Notes: generated by a model from the sequence alone, not told the origin. Counted from the first letter of the stretch, positions 1-13,759 are shown. The stretch is 64,000 nt of DNA from Bigelowiella natans CCMP2755 (GCA_000320545.1 ADNK01000415.1:10414-74413), one strand, 5' to 3'. Translations and numbers: made by a program.

Positions 1-717
1 TAATGCACGGGCAGATGCTCGGAGGGTTGCGTCAGATTCAAAGTCCCAGGATATTCCAAGGACTTTATGCAGTCTGGAAGGCGAGGAATGGCCAATTCGT
101 CCGTGTTCGAATCCAAGATAGTGGTCTTCGGAGTCATGTCTAACGGCTGCATCCTGTCCTCAGCGTCCTCCTCGAGCTCAGGCACAGACAACTTGCGGCT
201 CCTGTGCTGTTTCTCTGAAGTGTAGTAACCAGAAGTCCTCAAGTTCTCCTGCATACGGATGTATTCGCTGTCGGTGAGCTGGCTGTTGACCCGATCTAGT
301 TTGTCCACGTAGCTCTCCAAACCGACCATCCCCAACAACCCACCGTTGCTCTCTGAGCTATCGTCGTTATCATCCCGCTGCTTTGCCTCTTTCAGGCGAC
401 GTCGACTCGCAGTACTGCTTTTCACCGATTGCGCCTTTCCATTTGTCGTCGTCGTCGTCGGTCCTACTACTAAGCTTTCGTGTTCAAGAAGGCTACGAAA
501 CTTGCCACCACCACCACCACCAGTAGAAGAAGAAGGTGAATCACCAGCAGTCGCTACACTACTAGATGGCTCCGCCTTGAAGTCCAGAAAAGCTGATAGT
601 TCCTCCCTAGATTTCACATTGGAGAACAACCCTTCTTCCCCTCCCAAGGAATCTTTATGTTTTCTTCCTAGCTGCTTGGTCTTGGTGGATGGTGATGACG
701 ACGAAGACGATATTGAA

Positions 718-750
<33 letters not shown>

Positions 751-1160
751 TATGGTGGTTTTTGAGTCTCAAGAGATGCTGCTGCTTCTGCTGAAGATGA
801 CGCCATCGCATCATCGACATCATCGCTTTTGTTTCTTTGAGTGCTTCCTTCTCCTCCTTCTCCTCCTCCTCCTCCTCCTTCTGAGGTTGCTCCATCACCC
901 TCCTCTTCTATGACATCTCCGATATCATCCCATTCATCTTCCCCACCCTCCTCCGTGTCCTGATCAGCAGCATCAGTAGCGTAAGCATCGTCGTCGGTCA
1001 GCCTTAGCACACTTCTATAGAAGTATGATTCGCTTGACCAATTTTTCGCAGAGAACCCCAAGATAAAGTAAGAAGCGAACTACAACACGAGGAGGAGGAG
1101 GAGGAGGAGGAGGAGGAGGAAGAGGAGAAGAAGGACTATTAGAGAATACAACCAACGGAA

Positions 1161-1202
<42 letters not shown>

Positions 1203-1639
1203 TGTTTCGAATCTGACACAAGGAAAATCGTAAAAGGTTGGATGTTGCTGATGTAGATAGAGAGTGCATCCATCATTGGGCATGATTCGGCACACCGCTT
1301 TGACTTACATCCATCAGTGGCAGCATCATCAGCATTCAGCAGTGCTTTCATCACTCTCCACGACTTAATAAAAGGTATCATATCGTACTACATACCTACA
1401 CACTTATTACCGGTCTCATTTCCTTCGCGAGTTTGAGGCGATTGCTGTATTCGGGGCACTCAGCAGCCATAATCTTCATCACCTCCTACAAGTACATTCA
1501 ATAATACGTTAATACTACGAGTTTACCACTCTTATGGCGACTACACTCAATAAAGAACAACAATTAATCAGCACCCCTCGACATACATCGGTGTTTTCTC
1601 CCTCCTCCTCTTCCTATTCTTCTCCTTCTCTGGCTCTCG

Positions 1640-1672
<33 letters not shown>

Positions 1673-2036
1673 CAAATTTGGGAGGAGGAGGAGGAGGAAA
1701 AACCGATGGCCAGTATTGGATGCGAACACCGTTTCTTCGCTAGAAAACATGCATTTCTTCGAGAGCTGCTTCCAAAAAGGTGTGAACGTATGCTTGTGGA
1801 AACACCCGCATTAATTATGTTATATGTTCTTTTTAACCCTCTTCCACCTCCTCCTCCTCCACCACCTCTTCCTCCTCAATTTACATGTACATGGACGACG
1901 CTCACTCTCCGGAATAACTTTTGAAACGCGGGATAAAACTGGGAAAACAACAGTTTATTATGTCGTTTTCCTTGTAAAAACAATCGAATTCATTCCTCAA
2001 ATGGAAACGTAGCACAAATACATTTTTTGCACAAGG

Positions 2037-2075
<39 letters not shown>

Positions 2076-5000
2076 GACGAATACACCGCGCACGTATAGT
2101 CCGTCCGGTGCGAAAGACGTCGTCTCCAAATAGCTGGCTAAATCTAGCTCATCACCTTTTGCGCTTTGAGCAATTCTCCCTGTTTTCTTAAATCCGCAAG
2201 GTTGGTCCATTCCCATCGCTACCATTAATAAGAAGTATAAATGAAGAAGAAGAAGAAGAAGAAGAAGAAGAAGACGAGGAAGATGTATATGTATAGCGTG
2301 CTGTTTGTGCTTTGTTTCTGGGGAGAAAGAGAGAGAGAGAGCGGAAAAGTAAGACGCAATCAGTAGCAGCAGCAGGAGGAGAGCAGCTTGTCGATATTAA
2401 CAACAAGTGATTCTCTTATACGATGATGTGCGTTTGACCGGTAATGATGATGATGATGATGATGATGATAATCTCCATAATTAATGAAAACCATGCCGCA
2501 GGGCAAATCACATCCCATCGGTGAAAATATCAACGCAATAATGTAAATCGCATCCTTGACTGCCCATCTACTATTTCTGCTGTGATATGCAATGCATAGC
2601 AGCGACTACCGGGAGATTCTTCAAACTCTTCAATCGCTCCTGAAACAATAACAACAACAACAACAAATAACGAGACAAACGATACATGTAAGACCCCTTA
2701 CAATCTATTCCAAACTCTACATCACAGCAGCAAAGAATGATGAAAATTTTTAGGTCATATAAAATTTTAGGTCATATTGCAGAAGCAATGATACTCATGA
2801 TCACAATGATAATGGTAATAATAGAAGTAATAATAGCAACAATGTGATTTCTAGAAGGATAACTTCCTTTCCACCCTTTTCTCCTTCCCGCCCCTCCGCA
2901 GTTTTTCTCTCCCAACACACACCAAACCAACACACAAACACACGATATATAACTTGTTTACATACAAGATTAAGCTTGAAGCCCATCCACTGCTGATTAT
3001 CATCCTTCTTCGATTCAAATTGTGCAAGCCATACTGGCGGGTAGAGCCATCTCATGGTTAACCTCGTTAAGTCCGCCTTCACTGTGCGCGATTTGGCATC
3101 GAAGTATAGGTGAGGATGGGGATTCTGCCAGTAAGTAGAGAGGGTGAAGGGGGGGGGGGGGGAGGGAGTATTTAATTAATGATGTATGGCCGTTGCAGCT
3201 GCTAATGATGATAACGATAGCGGTGATGATGAGGATCCGAAAACGACGATGTTGATTCATAGATTTGTCATCATTATCATCATCAGCATCATATCCTCAT
3301 CTCCATTATAGTTGCGAATTGGAACTCCTGCTACTTATCTCCCTCCTCCCCTCCCTCCTCCTCCTCCTCCTCATCATCATCATCAGTTCGATGATAACAC
3401 TCACCCTCTGGAAACAGGACGCCAACATTTCCGCATTTATCTTCATGTCGGAGAGCATATATCGCTGCAACCCCTCCTATTTACATGTGCAAAGAAGAAG
3501 AAGAAGAAGAAGAAGAGATCATGATCGATATCTCTGTCTCTATGCAGCACATACCTAACCTAACCCCCGTTATCTGCGACAGATAATGCTTCTACCGAGC
3601 TCCTTCTAATTCACGATTCTTTCACATACTAGTTTATTTGCGTGTTGTTGTGGTTGTAGTTGTTGTTGTTGCTGCTGCTGTTGTGTCAGGCTGCTGCTGT
3701 TAAATGAGTTGGATATCTAGACCTTAAGCTCCTCAACCGATGTCTCTTCCGACCCGCGCTCTAGCACAAACTCTCCAACAAGCTGCACGGCGCGGAAGCT
3801 TTTGATGTCGAAGTCGTAGTAAATCTTATTATCTTCAATTTTGATCTTGATGTCCGGAAACATAATAGTGCCCTAAGCGTGTTTTAGAAACTTAACGCAT
3901 ACCACTTCAACAATACAGACAGTAGCATTTGAGCACCCCCCCCATTGTTCCCCGGCAAATACATTGTTAAATTGACTGAATGATGGAACTTATCATCGTC
4001 AGATTTCGTCGCTAACTCTCTTTGTTGAAGTTTTTCTTGCATGCATCCTTAAACGGCGTAAAAATTGAAAACGCTCCTACCTTTGAGTACTCCACAGGTT
4101 TCCAGTACTTAACGACGACAACAAGTATTAAGTTCTCAGCAATGTGTCAAGCGAACGGTTTCATGCTCAAGCACTGTGATATTAATGTTTACTATCTTGC
4201 GATGCAATAGTTAATAGGGAAAGGCAGAATGTCTTTGAAATTGTTGATAATTGTACAAAATAGGTTGTTGAAGACTTGCTTGCATCAGCGTCCAGTATGT
4301 GTGCGTTTATGTTCGTGTGTGTTAAATCCCAAAATCCACAAACGTTCACACTGTTTCTCACGATTACTACAACGTTCTGATGCGTAGAAGTACCTTCTCA
4401 ATGATATCAAACAAACCGTCTCTCACAATCCTCGATTGCACACTCGCCTCTTTCTCTCTCTTTGATACGGTCTGCACGCTAGACAGGAGTTTTAGTAGAT
4501 ATCGTTGCGTCGCAGCCCTGTCACCACCTCTGCTTCTCCCCTTCCTTCCTTTAGCACCTTTTGGAATTGAGGCGAAACTTCGGCGTCCTGTGTCCCCCCC
4601 CAAACTGGCTCGGGTGACTGATTGAAGTGGTAAAGGTGTGGTAGTTATATCGTTTTCACGATTGGCGATGTTCTTTGTAAGTAATGCAGGAACAGAATCA
4701 TTTAATAATATTCCATTTATGTTTGATAGCATGCACGACAACCTGGCAACATTGGCGACCGCTGCAGTGACACTGACGGGGTGAGCGGGGAAGAGGACGT
4801 GAATGATGGTGACGGAGTGGCCCCCCTGAAAGCAAAACAAGATTAGAAACATGGCGATCCCATGCGCATAGCACGAAATCATCGTCATTTGGGAACTGCT
4901 GCATCAAAATGAAGGCCAAAATGTTAAGAACATCAGTGGTTTCTACTCCAGCGTCTGGATAGATTTTCGGGAGCACCCTACCTGAGCTTGCTTATCAGCT

Positions 5001-5088
5001 TCGATGATCCGACGACCCGCTCTGTGCAATAGCTGTGCCGCTTCATCGCTGCCCGTAGAGAGCTCGACCCATTTGAACCCATACGCAT
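1..5088 (-). CDS. Uncharacterised multi-exon protein (3' end at or beyond the window start)
   Basis: Chain of GT-AG-bounded coding-like exons on the minus strand: IVRDGLFDIIEK (~4390-4620), GTIMFPDIKIKIEDNKIYYDFDIKSFRAVQLVGEFVLERG (~3725-3870), EGLQRYMLSDMKINAEMLASCFQR (~3405-3477), VMKIMAAECPEYSNRLKLAKEMRP (~1410-1482), and a long acidic last exon (~1-1078). No family recognised; start uncertain. Confidence 0.6.
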
Positions 5089-5717
5089 TTTTCTAAAAAA
5101 ACCTCGTCGGGTTCTCCTTATGCTGCTGCTGCTTAGTTGCTCAGCTGGGTGGGGGATGCGGTAAGGTGCGGATGTGATGAGGTGCAGTGCGCAAGCAGAT
5201 GGTGGCAATAAGGTTAAATTTATAGCCAGAAACTTCTGCAGAAGCGCGAATATTTTACCCGTAATAAACCGATTGACGTTGTGTGGATTGCTCCCGCAAG
5301 TCTTCTCTCACTTTGGTATTTTTCCGGTCGAAAATAAAACATGCTCGTTCGGCGGCCTTCCGAGTGTTTCTAGTGTTTTTAAAATGAAAAGTACTAGGCA
5401 ACTTTGCGATACAGAAACTTCCGAAATATTGTCCTGGAAATTACAAAAGATAAAAAACCATATTATCTTTCCCTTGCGTCATAGATATATTGTTGTCGTA
5501 ATTCTGAAACGCCATCAGAGATCGAGGTCCATGGCGTTCTCCTTCCTTAGTTACCCCGAGGTCCTACTTGGATAGAGGCGAGGCGTGCCACATCCATCTG
5601 GCTTTGTTCAAACAGCTATTTGGAAAAACAATAATGGGAGCTTGCTTTAGCAAGCTAAACCAAGACAAGGTTCCACTCACTCACTCGTTCACTCCATGCA
5701 ATTAGTACACAACGCTG

Positions 5718-6842
5718 ATGAGCAATGATGTCATCCAGAATGACACCGATCCGGGCTGTGATATCACCCGACTGGAGACCCAAAAGGCAAAGCGTGCGCC
5801 AGAAGGTATAGTTTCTCCTCTAATTACACATGATAACATGTCCGAAGTCACAGCAGCACGAAGTCTTCTTCTTCTTCTTCTTCTTCTTCTTCTTCTTCTA
5901 TACTCAACAGCATCAATCAATCACTTGTTGATGATGCAGGAATACCCAATCAAAAACCGGCCGTTCAGCAACAACAGCGCCAGATGTACAGACCGAAAGA
6001 TGGAAGCAATACAGAAACTGCTGGCAGTGAGAACCATGCCATGAATACAAATGGTGGATCAACGGGAAACGATGCAGATGGAAGCCACCCGCCTCTCCCC
6101 TCAAAAACAGTGGTGCGAACAAACCAGGATCGACCCGATCTCGATATAACGACCATCAGTGATAGCAGTAGAGTTGTTAGAGAGCTCCAGTTCTCTACGC
6201 AATCCGAACTAAAGTCAGGGGACCCTACGAGCATTTACACGAGGCAGAGAAGAATTGCCGTAACCAATCTCGGCTTTGTTCATATTGCTACAGATAGAAA
6301 GGGGAAAAGGGTACTACCTTTCGCATCATTTTGTGTGTGTTTTCCTCATTTATATATATTATACATGCGAGATGCTGAAGAGTCCTATTTTTCCCGAAAA
6401 TATGAAGACGTAAGGGGGTGGTTGGTAAAATCATTATCAGTAGTAGCAGTGGGAGGAGGAGAAGTATATAATGCAGGTTTTTTTTCAATATACCTACATA
6501 CGTCCTGCTGCTGATATGTCCACCCTCGCCTATTCCAGGTAATTTTAAAGTCGTCACGCGCGGATCAGCGCCATTTAGAAAACCCCCGAGAGGAGATACG
6601 GATAATGCAGTTGATACGAGACAAGTGGAACCACCAGGATAAAAAGGTGTGGGGGGGGAAGAACGTAAACAAGTTATTACCGTCCGTGTTTCTGTGCGTG
6701 ATACTTGTACTCCTGCATCAATATAACCAGATATTAGCTTAGTTTGAACGCCATTTTGTGACTAATCAGGATCAGGCTGGTGATAAAGACGAGCAAAAGG
6801 GTGCTGTAATTAATGGAGATCATCATTATCATCAGCAAGAGC

Positions 6843-6886
<44 letters not shown>

Positions 6887-8097
6887 CAACAACAACGCCA
6901 TCCAGGAATAATAGATCTAGTAGAGGCCTATGAGAACAAAGGAATGGTTCATTCTGTGCTTGAGTATGCTGAAGGGGGAGACTTGTTTTACTACCTTATG
7001 GAAAGAAAGGTGATATATATATGCTTCTAATAGTGCATCAGTGATGATAATGGTGTGTTCTGTGGTATCTTTCCCCCTGGCCTCTCTTCGTACAAACGTA
7101 TCCTCTCTTCTTCCTCATTTCACTGTCGTCTTCTTTTTATACGTGCATGTGCGCGTGTGCTTGTGCTGCGGTTATCCCTTCTCATTGTATCCCTAATTGG
7201 TGCGTGCGTGTGTGTGTGTGCATGTGTGTGTTTGAACTCAATAGACATTGAGCGAAGGGGAGGCCCGTGAGTTGTTCCGCCAGGTTTTATCGACGTTGGA
7301 GTTTATACACGCATCTTGTGGCTTGTGTCACCTCGATATCAGCCTCGAGGTAGGAGCAGCAGCAGCAATACTATTAGTAGTAGAAGTAGTAACATTAGTA
7401 GTAGCATATATAGTTTATGTAGAAGTAGAGTAGGATCAAGAGGAGGAGAAGGAGGTGGGTGGTGAAGGCTTGATTGCTCGATCGAGAAAACGAAGTAGAA
7501 TAGACTCGCTGATCGCATGCGAGCACTCGTGTGCGTTCATGGCGTTACACTAACCTGCCATTCACCTTTGCCCCCCCCCCCCCCCCCCCTTGTTCCTGTG
7601 ATCAGAATATCTTGCTGTCACAAGATCGCAAACAAGCGAAGCTGTGCGATTTCGGTGCGGCACGTGAGATCGTCTTTGATGCGGAAGGGAAGGAACGTGA
7701 GTTCTCGTGCAAATCGCACGGCACTCCGGGCAAGGTAGGCTACATGGCCCCCGAGATCTTCGCCGCTACAATCTTCAATGGGCGCTTAGCCGACATATTC
7801 TCACTAGGAGTGTGCTTGTTCATGGTACTAACCGGTAAGCCGCCATTCTTCAAGCCGGGGCCTATCTGCAAGTACTTTCGATTCCTGAAGAATCACGGCA
7901 TTGCGCCCATCGTGAAACACTATGCGGTGGGGCTGAGCGACGACGCCATCGACCTGCTCACGCGAATGATACATCCAGACGCAACGCAACGGTTCGCCTC
8001 CGTCAAGGATATTCTCGATCACAAATGGTTTGTGACGACAGATGAAAAGAATGACGATGATGATAATGATGATGATGATGATGATAATGCTAAATGA
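5718..8097 (+). CDS. Ser/Thr protein kinase, CAMK-like, with HLDISLEN catalytic loop
   Basis: In-phase exons ~5718-5805, 5940-6310, 6539-6646, 6770-7008, 7245-7349, 7606-8097. Motifs VILK, ENPREEIRIM, VLEYAEGGDLF, HLDISLE|NILL, KLCDFG, GKVGYMAPE, DIFSLGV, R..HKWF. TGA stop at 8095-8097. Confidence 0.92.
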
Positions 8098-9058
8098 CTA
8101 CCGTAGCAGACAAATAAATTCCGGCACGGAATGGGGTATTATAGACCCTGGTGACCGATAGCTATTCGATATTCTATCTCTTAGATCGAATTATTAAAAA
8201 TTAATGCGTTTTACAAATTGCTCGTATTTTATGAAGCCTAGCTAGAAGCATTTTAGCTCACGATGCATGTTTTACATTTTAATTAGTACCTTACCAAAGA
8301 GTAATCTATGGTTATCCATACAACCAAGACAATGTTGGCTCATCTCTTTGCTGCGTCGCATGTCAGCATGAAATTAAAGCGTACACGTGCTTTGGCCATG
8401 AATCTGTAACACAAAGCATCATCTCATATGCAGCTAGCATTATTAGCATGCACGTGCCGTTAGCATGTAGAGTTGTTAGCGCGTCAATCGAGGCATTCCC
8501 GTACGTCGTTGTACGCAAATATGTAGTTATAGTACGTACAGGCATCGCGGACATCATAATCTAGACTAGTCTAGTAGTACATAGATAACAACTTAAGCGC
8601 TGTAGCCGCTGCTCTGCATACCTGCTACATCTACATCCGTCTCCCATAGATGATAGCTCGCATCGAACTGTCCCTTAGCAGGCACACTACATATAGCTAG
8701 ATAGCGGCGAGTCATTATTGCATCTGCACGTGCATTCCGTGACATTGTCTAGCAAACTGTTTGTAGGGTTGTGGGTGACACAGACTGATGCGATTGCACA
8801 GATGATACAAGCTATACAATGTAGGATGTAGTGCTAGCTAGATGCACATGCATGTCCGCCGGCCTATGGATCGTCGTTGCTGGACAGCGTTGGGTCAATC
8901 TGTGTAAACGTACGCGTGCAAATGTGTACACGTCCAGATATCTTTCTATGTGTGTTTGCATGATTTACTTTAACAACGCTCTCGCAATGCAGCCGTGAGT
9001 AGGCCGACTGGAAAGAATCCGGTGTCTTGAATTATACACAGCTTAACGCATTGTTGTT

Positions 9059-9732
9059 TCACTTGGGTACAACTTGGAATCGGTAGTACACAACACGCGC
9101 TATATCCCAAAACAAAGGCCAAGTAACAGCTCCATCCATTTGCTTGAAGTCAGGAGCAGTATTCCCAGTTGTAGAGCTGCTGTCCGCCATCGAGTTGACG
9201 TACACGAAGTTCTCGATGAGCGTCGATAAAAAGGATTTAGGAAACGACACTGCAGCGTCCAGTTCCGCACTCAGGCTGCACACAGATCGAGCACCAGGAT
9301 GCCAAGGAGGTGAGAGACGGAGAATCAAAGGGAGAAGGTTAGTATATACGGATAGCAAATGGGTTTAGATATCATCACTTCACACCACATAGAACTGGTA
9401 CGAATAATGACATATTTCATACAAGCGATGAATATTGTTTCGCCGTACACACCTTAAATGACCATCATTTTCTGTCCTAAAAAGGTCATCAACACAGATG
9501 ACATCCCCCTTGCTGCTGCTCCCATCGGCTGCCTTTTCCAGAAGCAGCAGGCATGCAGAGGCCAGGGCAGCTTCATCGACTTCGAACATAACATCCTTCC
9601 TCAATGCCTGGGATAGAGAATGCATGTTAGTTTAAACTGCAGCTGTTTTGGGGTTACTCGATTATAGAGAGAGGAGGAAGAGGAGGGGGAGAGGCTAATA
9701 TGCTTGTCATGCACACAAATACTGTATCTTTC

Positions 9733-9774
<42 letters not shown>

Positions 9775-10668
9775 ACAAGCATTTTGTAGATCTACACAGC
9801 ATGGAATGAGCGCTAGATAACCTTCTTAAACTGCTCCATATTTATCATTATCCGCGTCTTTTCTTGCTTTGTCTCGAGTTCCTTCCCTCCCTCTTCGCTC
9901 GCACCAGAGTTGTTGCCACCCTCTTCTGTTTTTTCCTTCTCCCCTTCTTTATCATCATCATCATCATCACCACCAGCAGCAGCAGCAGCGTCTTCTCCTC
10001 CTCCTCCTCCTCCTCCTCCTCCTCCTCCTCCTTCAGCCTGCTCCTTGCTTTCCTTGCCGTCCTTTTTTGTTTCTTCTTCTTCTTCTCCTTCTTTTTCTTC
10101 TTTTCCTTCTCCTGACTCTTGCTTCCTCATGCCTGGCTTTGCTTTTTCCGCATCTTCTTGTTTGCTGCACTTTGGCACGATGCGATCACGAATGGCCTGT
10201 GCTTTCGCAGGGAACGACGTCAATATGAAATCCATGACGTGTTTCTGATTTCAGCAGATATGGTGAAAGCAGATGTCAGTGTAAGCTGATAGAGAGATGG
10301 TGAAAGTGTGGATTTGATGTGTGTGTGTCTCTGTGTGTGTGTGTGTGTGTGCGTGTGTGAGTGAGTGTCAATGTGTTGTCTCATATTATTAATAATATTA
10401 TCATTATTATTACTATTATCACTATTCGCATGAATCTCCTTGTTCTCCACACCTTTTCTATGCAACGACTGCTAGTGCTGCCGCCGATGTTGCTTTTGGA
10501 ATGTTTTTGCGACAAGCTATCGAATGTCGCTTTGAGTTGGCTTTGCTGCAATGGTGGCAAGGAACTGCTTCGAATACCTTTCTCCACATCTAAGCATCAC
10601 CACACATCAAAGATAACAACAACAAAAGAACAAATATCATCAACATAAAAGTGAGAATTACTAAAACA

Positions 10669-10726
<58 letters not shown>

Positions 10727-10793
10727 GGGGGGGGGGGGGGAGAGAAGAAGGGGGCTAGAGTAAGAATACTATCGAGCACCCTAATAATGCTGC

Positions 10794-10825
<32 letters not shown>

Positions 10826-10986
10826 ATTATTTTGCAGCTTATTACCTGCTAGTTGGTCACGGGTAAAGCGTCTCTTCGCTTCTATTTCCCTCGCCGTTTT
10901 TTCTCTCTTTTGCCGCTCTCTTCTCTCCGCCAATGCAGCCTCCCGAGCAAGCCGTAATCTCTCCTCCTGCATTGGTGATTAGTGAG

Positions 10987-11032
<46 letters not shown>

Positions 11033-11263
11033 AACTGAAAGAATGAAGAGCTAATATACATATTTCCCCGTTGTTCGGCGCTCGGGAGAAATCATCTAAT
11101 TGTCACGCTTATGCTTGGGGGGAGACGACTTTCGTGCTATGGCTGCTGCTGCTGCTGCTTCTCGTGGTGGTGGTAGTGGGTGGTGGTAGTGTGCATATGT
11201 GCGAGACCTGCGCTTTACGGATCTCACGGCATCTTTTTCGGAGTCCCTTTTCGTCGAAGACTT
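9059..11263 (-). CDS. Coiled-coil plus degenerate EF-hand region (separate gene or C-terminal extension of COG8)
   Basis: In-phase exons VFDEKGLRKRCREIRKAQ|EERLRLAREAALAERRERQKREK..|..LKATFDSL..CIEK|KHVMDFI..INMEQFKK|ALRKD..DGHLS|LSAELD..MDGAVTWPLFWDIAR..PK*. The 5'-most exon (11208-11263) has an acceptor after a (CT)n tract and no clear start of its own. Confidence 0.6.
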
Positions 11264-11305
<42 letters not shown>

Positions 11306-11443
11306 GAGGAAGGGAGGAAGGGAGGAAGGGAGAGAATGTTATGGCTAGTTATGCATGTTTTCGATGGTTTCGATGAATTCGATGACCGATGCAAATTTCC
11401 CACGGATATAGAAGAAAGCCATACAAACAAATGGATATATCTT

Positions 11444-12010
11444 CTACGCTGCCAAGTCAATCATGGTTGCGCATAGATTCTGCGCTGTTAAGCAGCCCAT
11501 CCACAAGAATATTGAATGTGTAGGTTTTTCCCTAACAGAAAGAAGCTGTGCGGCACCTTCGATCGCGTCGTCGATATGAGCCATATTAGGACCAAACGCT
11601 CCCTCATTACTACTAGGATGGTTTTTGACGTTGGATTGTTTCTGCGCGTCCTTCGACTCTTTCTGCTGCTGCTGTTGTTGCTGTGATATCGATCGTCTAT
11701 TTCCAATGAATAGCCGTCGTAGTTGGCCATGTAGGTACGGTAGTAAACACGTCTCGAAGGTCTCTAGCATCTTCACCATCACTCCACCGCTACTAACCCC
11801 CCCTCCTTTGACCCCTCCCCTCTTTTTCTTCTTACTCCTAGCCTTATCCGTTTGCACATTTTGGTCTCCATTATCACCACCATCATCATCGTCGAGGATT
11901 GATTGGTCATCATCATGCGAGTAGAGTGACGGGGCTTGGGCTGCATCCGAGAGCTCCGACAAAGCGTCGTTAAGGCTGACAATGATGACGATGATGATGA
12001 TGCAATTCAT

Positions 12011-12045
<35 letters not shown>

Positions 12046-12499
12046 TATTTATTTATTTAGAATATGTTGTTTTGAATGTCGGGGTATGCGTTTGTGTGTG
12101 TTGTGTACGTCCTTGCTGTTGCTATTACAACTAATACCGGATTCCAACCAATCGACCAATTCTTGATTTGGTTTGGATCGGGGTACAATGCCGGAGAGAG
12201 TTGAAGGCAACGATGATCTGTGGTAAAGGAGGAGGGATGGTAAGACAAACACGCATCGGCGACACCCTCTCTCCCAGCTCAGTGAGTAAACACGACGATG
12301 ACGACGAAGAACAGAGAGCAACATCGAACACTACTACCGCTGCTACTACTACCGAGTTTGAAAGACAGGCTAACGGCGGAAAACAGACAATCTTCGCAAC
12401 TCTGCTTTCATCATCCTCCTCATCCTCCTCCTTCGAGTCATCGCTAGGCCCTTGTCCTGATCACGACGAGGAGAGGAGTGGGAGAGCAAGATATTATCA

Positions 12500-12539
<40 letters not shown>

Positions 12540-13289
12540 TCGGAAAAGATAATCATGCAATTCTATGTACACACACTTTACTATGATAGTATTACAATAT
12601 ATGCGGGATGGGTCGCGTTTAAATCAGCATAGTACTTTAAGAGGTGACTCAAAATGGCAAAATGATAATAGCGAGTTATTATTATCCACCACCACCACCA
12701 CCTGTCATCGCCTTAATTCCTCCTTCTCCTCCTCCTCCTCCTCCTCCTTCAGCGACTAGTCCAAGCTTCTTCAGCTCTTGCTTGGTATAGTACCAGTTGT
12801 GCTCCTTTAAGCTTTGAAGCAGCGCCTTAGATCCCGAGTGTAGTTGTCTAATATCAGAAAAGAAACGAGGCATTCACGGGAGAAGAAGTGGGTTAATTGA
12901 TAAGGTTGGCGGTTGTTGATGGTGGTGGTGGTGATGATGATGATGATGGCGCATTCTCTTCGCTAAGTTTCAGAGTTTCCGATTTCTTCGAAGTTACTTG
13001 TAGTTCTTTCGATCTCAATTATGTACTTGTTGTCGCTGTTATTCTCTTCAATTTTTCTTTTTTTTTAAATTTTCTCTCTCTCTCTCTCTCTCTCTCTTGT
13101 TTCTTTCTAACAAAGTTAGGAGTAGTACTCCTGGAATATCTGCACGATTCTGTCCACTAGAATAGACCCCATCGCCGCTCTAAAGTCGACACCAACTCTG
13201 CAGAGTATGGTGCCACAACAACACACGCCAAGGATGTGAGAGTCTCCCATTCATTCAATGAGCTTCGTTTCGGGGAAGAACATAAATAG

Positions 13290-13340
<51 letters not shown>

Positions 13341-13759
13341 GTGTTATAGGTCGAAGCATTGGATAGACGAAAGGAACAAAGGAGGCAAGTTATCAACGTT
13401 AAATTACCGAAGTAGCGACAAACCGCAGTACCTACGCATACAACACAAACAACACACTCAATCCCCAATTCCGAGAGGCAAAAACGCACACACGGAAAGG
13501 CGGAGGGAAGGACAAGAAGGTGTTGGTATCTGGCTGCTGAGGCCTCTACAGGAACAGATAAAGGAAATGATGCGTGTTTCTGTGTTACGTAATCAAAACA
13601 AGCATGTTTGGTTGTGGACGAATATGCGTGTATTGCTCATATATCTAGCACGTACATGCATATGCGTGTATTGTTCATATCTAGCACGTACATGCATTGG
13701 TCTAGAATGTTCCCGATATAAGCTACTTCAGATATCAGCTCCACGCTCCTACCATGACA

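Noticed and set aside
2130-2160. Possible 18-nt nucleomorph-type micro-intron (gtgatgagctagatttag, minus strand)
   Set aside because: Another frame is open through the region and the other introns identified here are much longer.
2743-2778. 17-18 bp tandem duplication aaaatt(t)ttaggtcatat
   Set aside because: Ordinary intronic slippage with no evident function.
5060-5088. N-myristoylation motif MGSNGS at the start of the first gene
   Set aside because: The start codon and reading frame of this exon are ambiguous (upstream Met and an alternative open frame).
9780-11450. In-frame TAG codons amid coding-looking sequence (KKVI*RSF, DLAA*KIY, also ~2145) suggesting UAG reassignment
   Set aside because: Each is removed by a GT-AG intron or lies in another frame. 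The 698-aa and 581-aa ORFs contain no TAG, and the HECT gene ends at TAG exactly where the domain ends.
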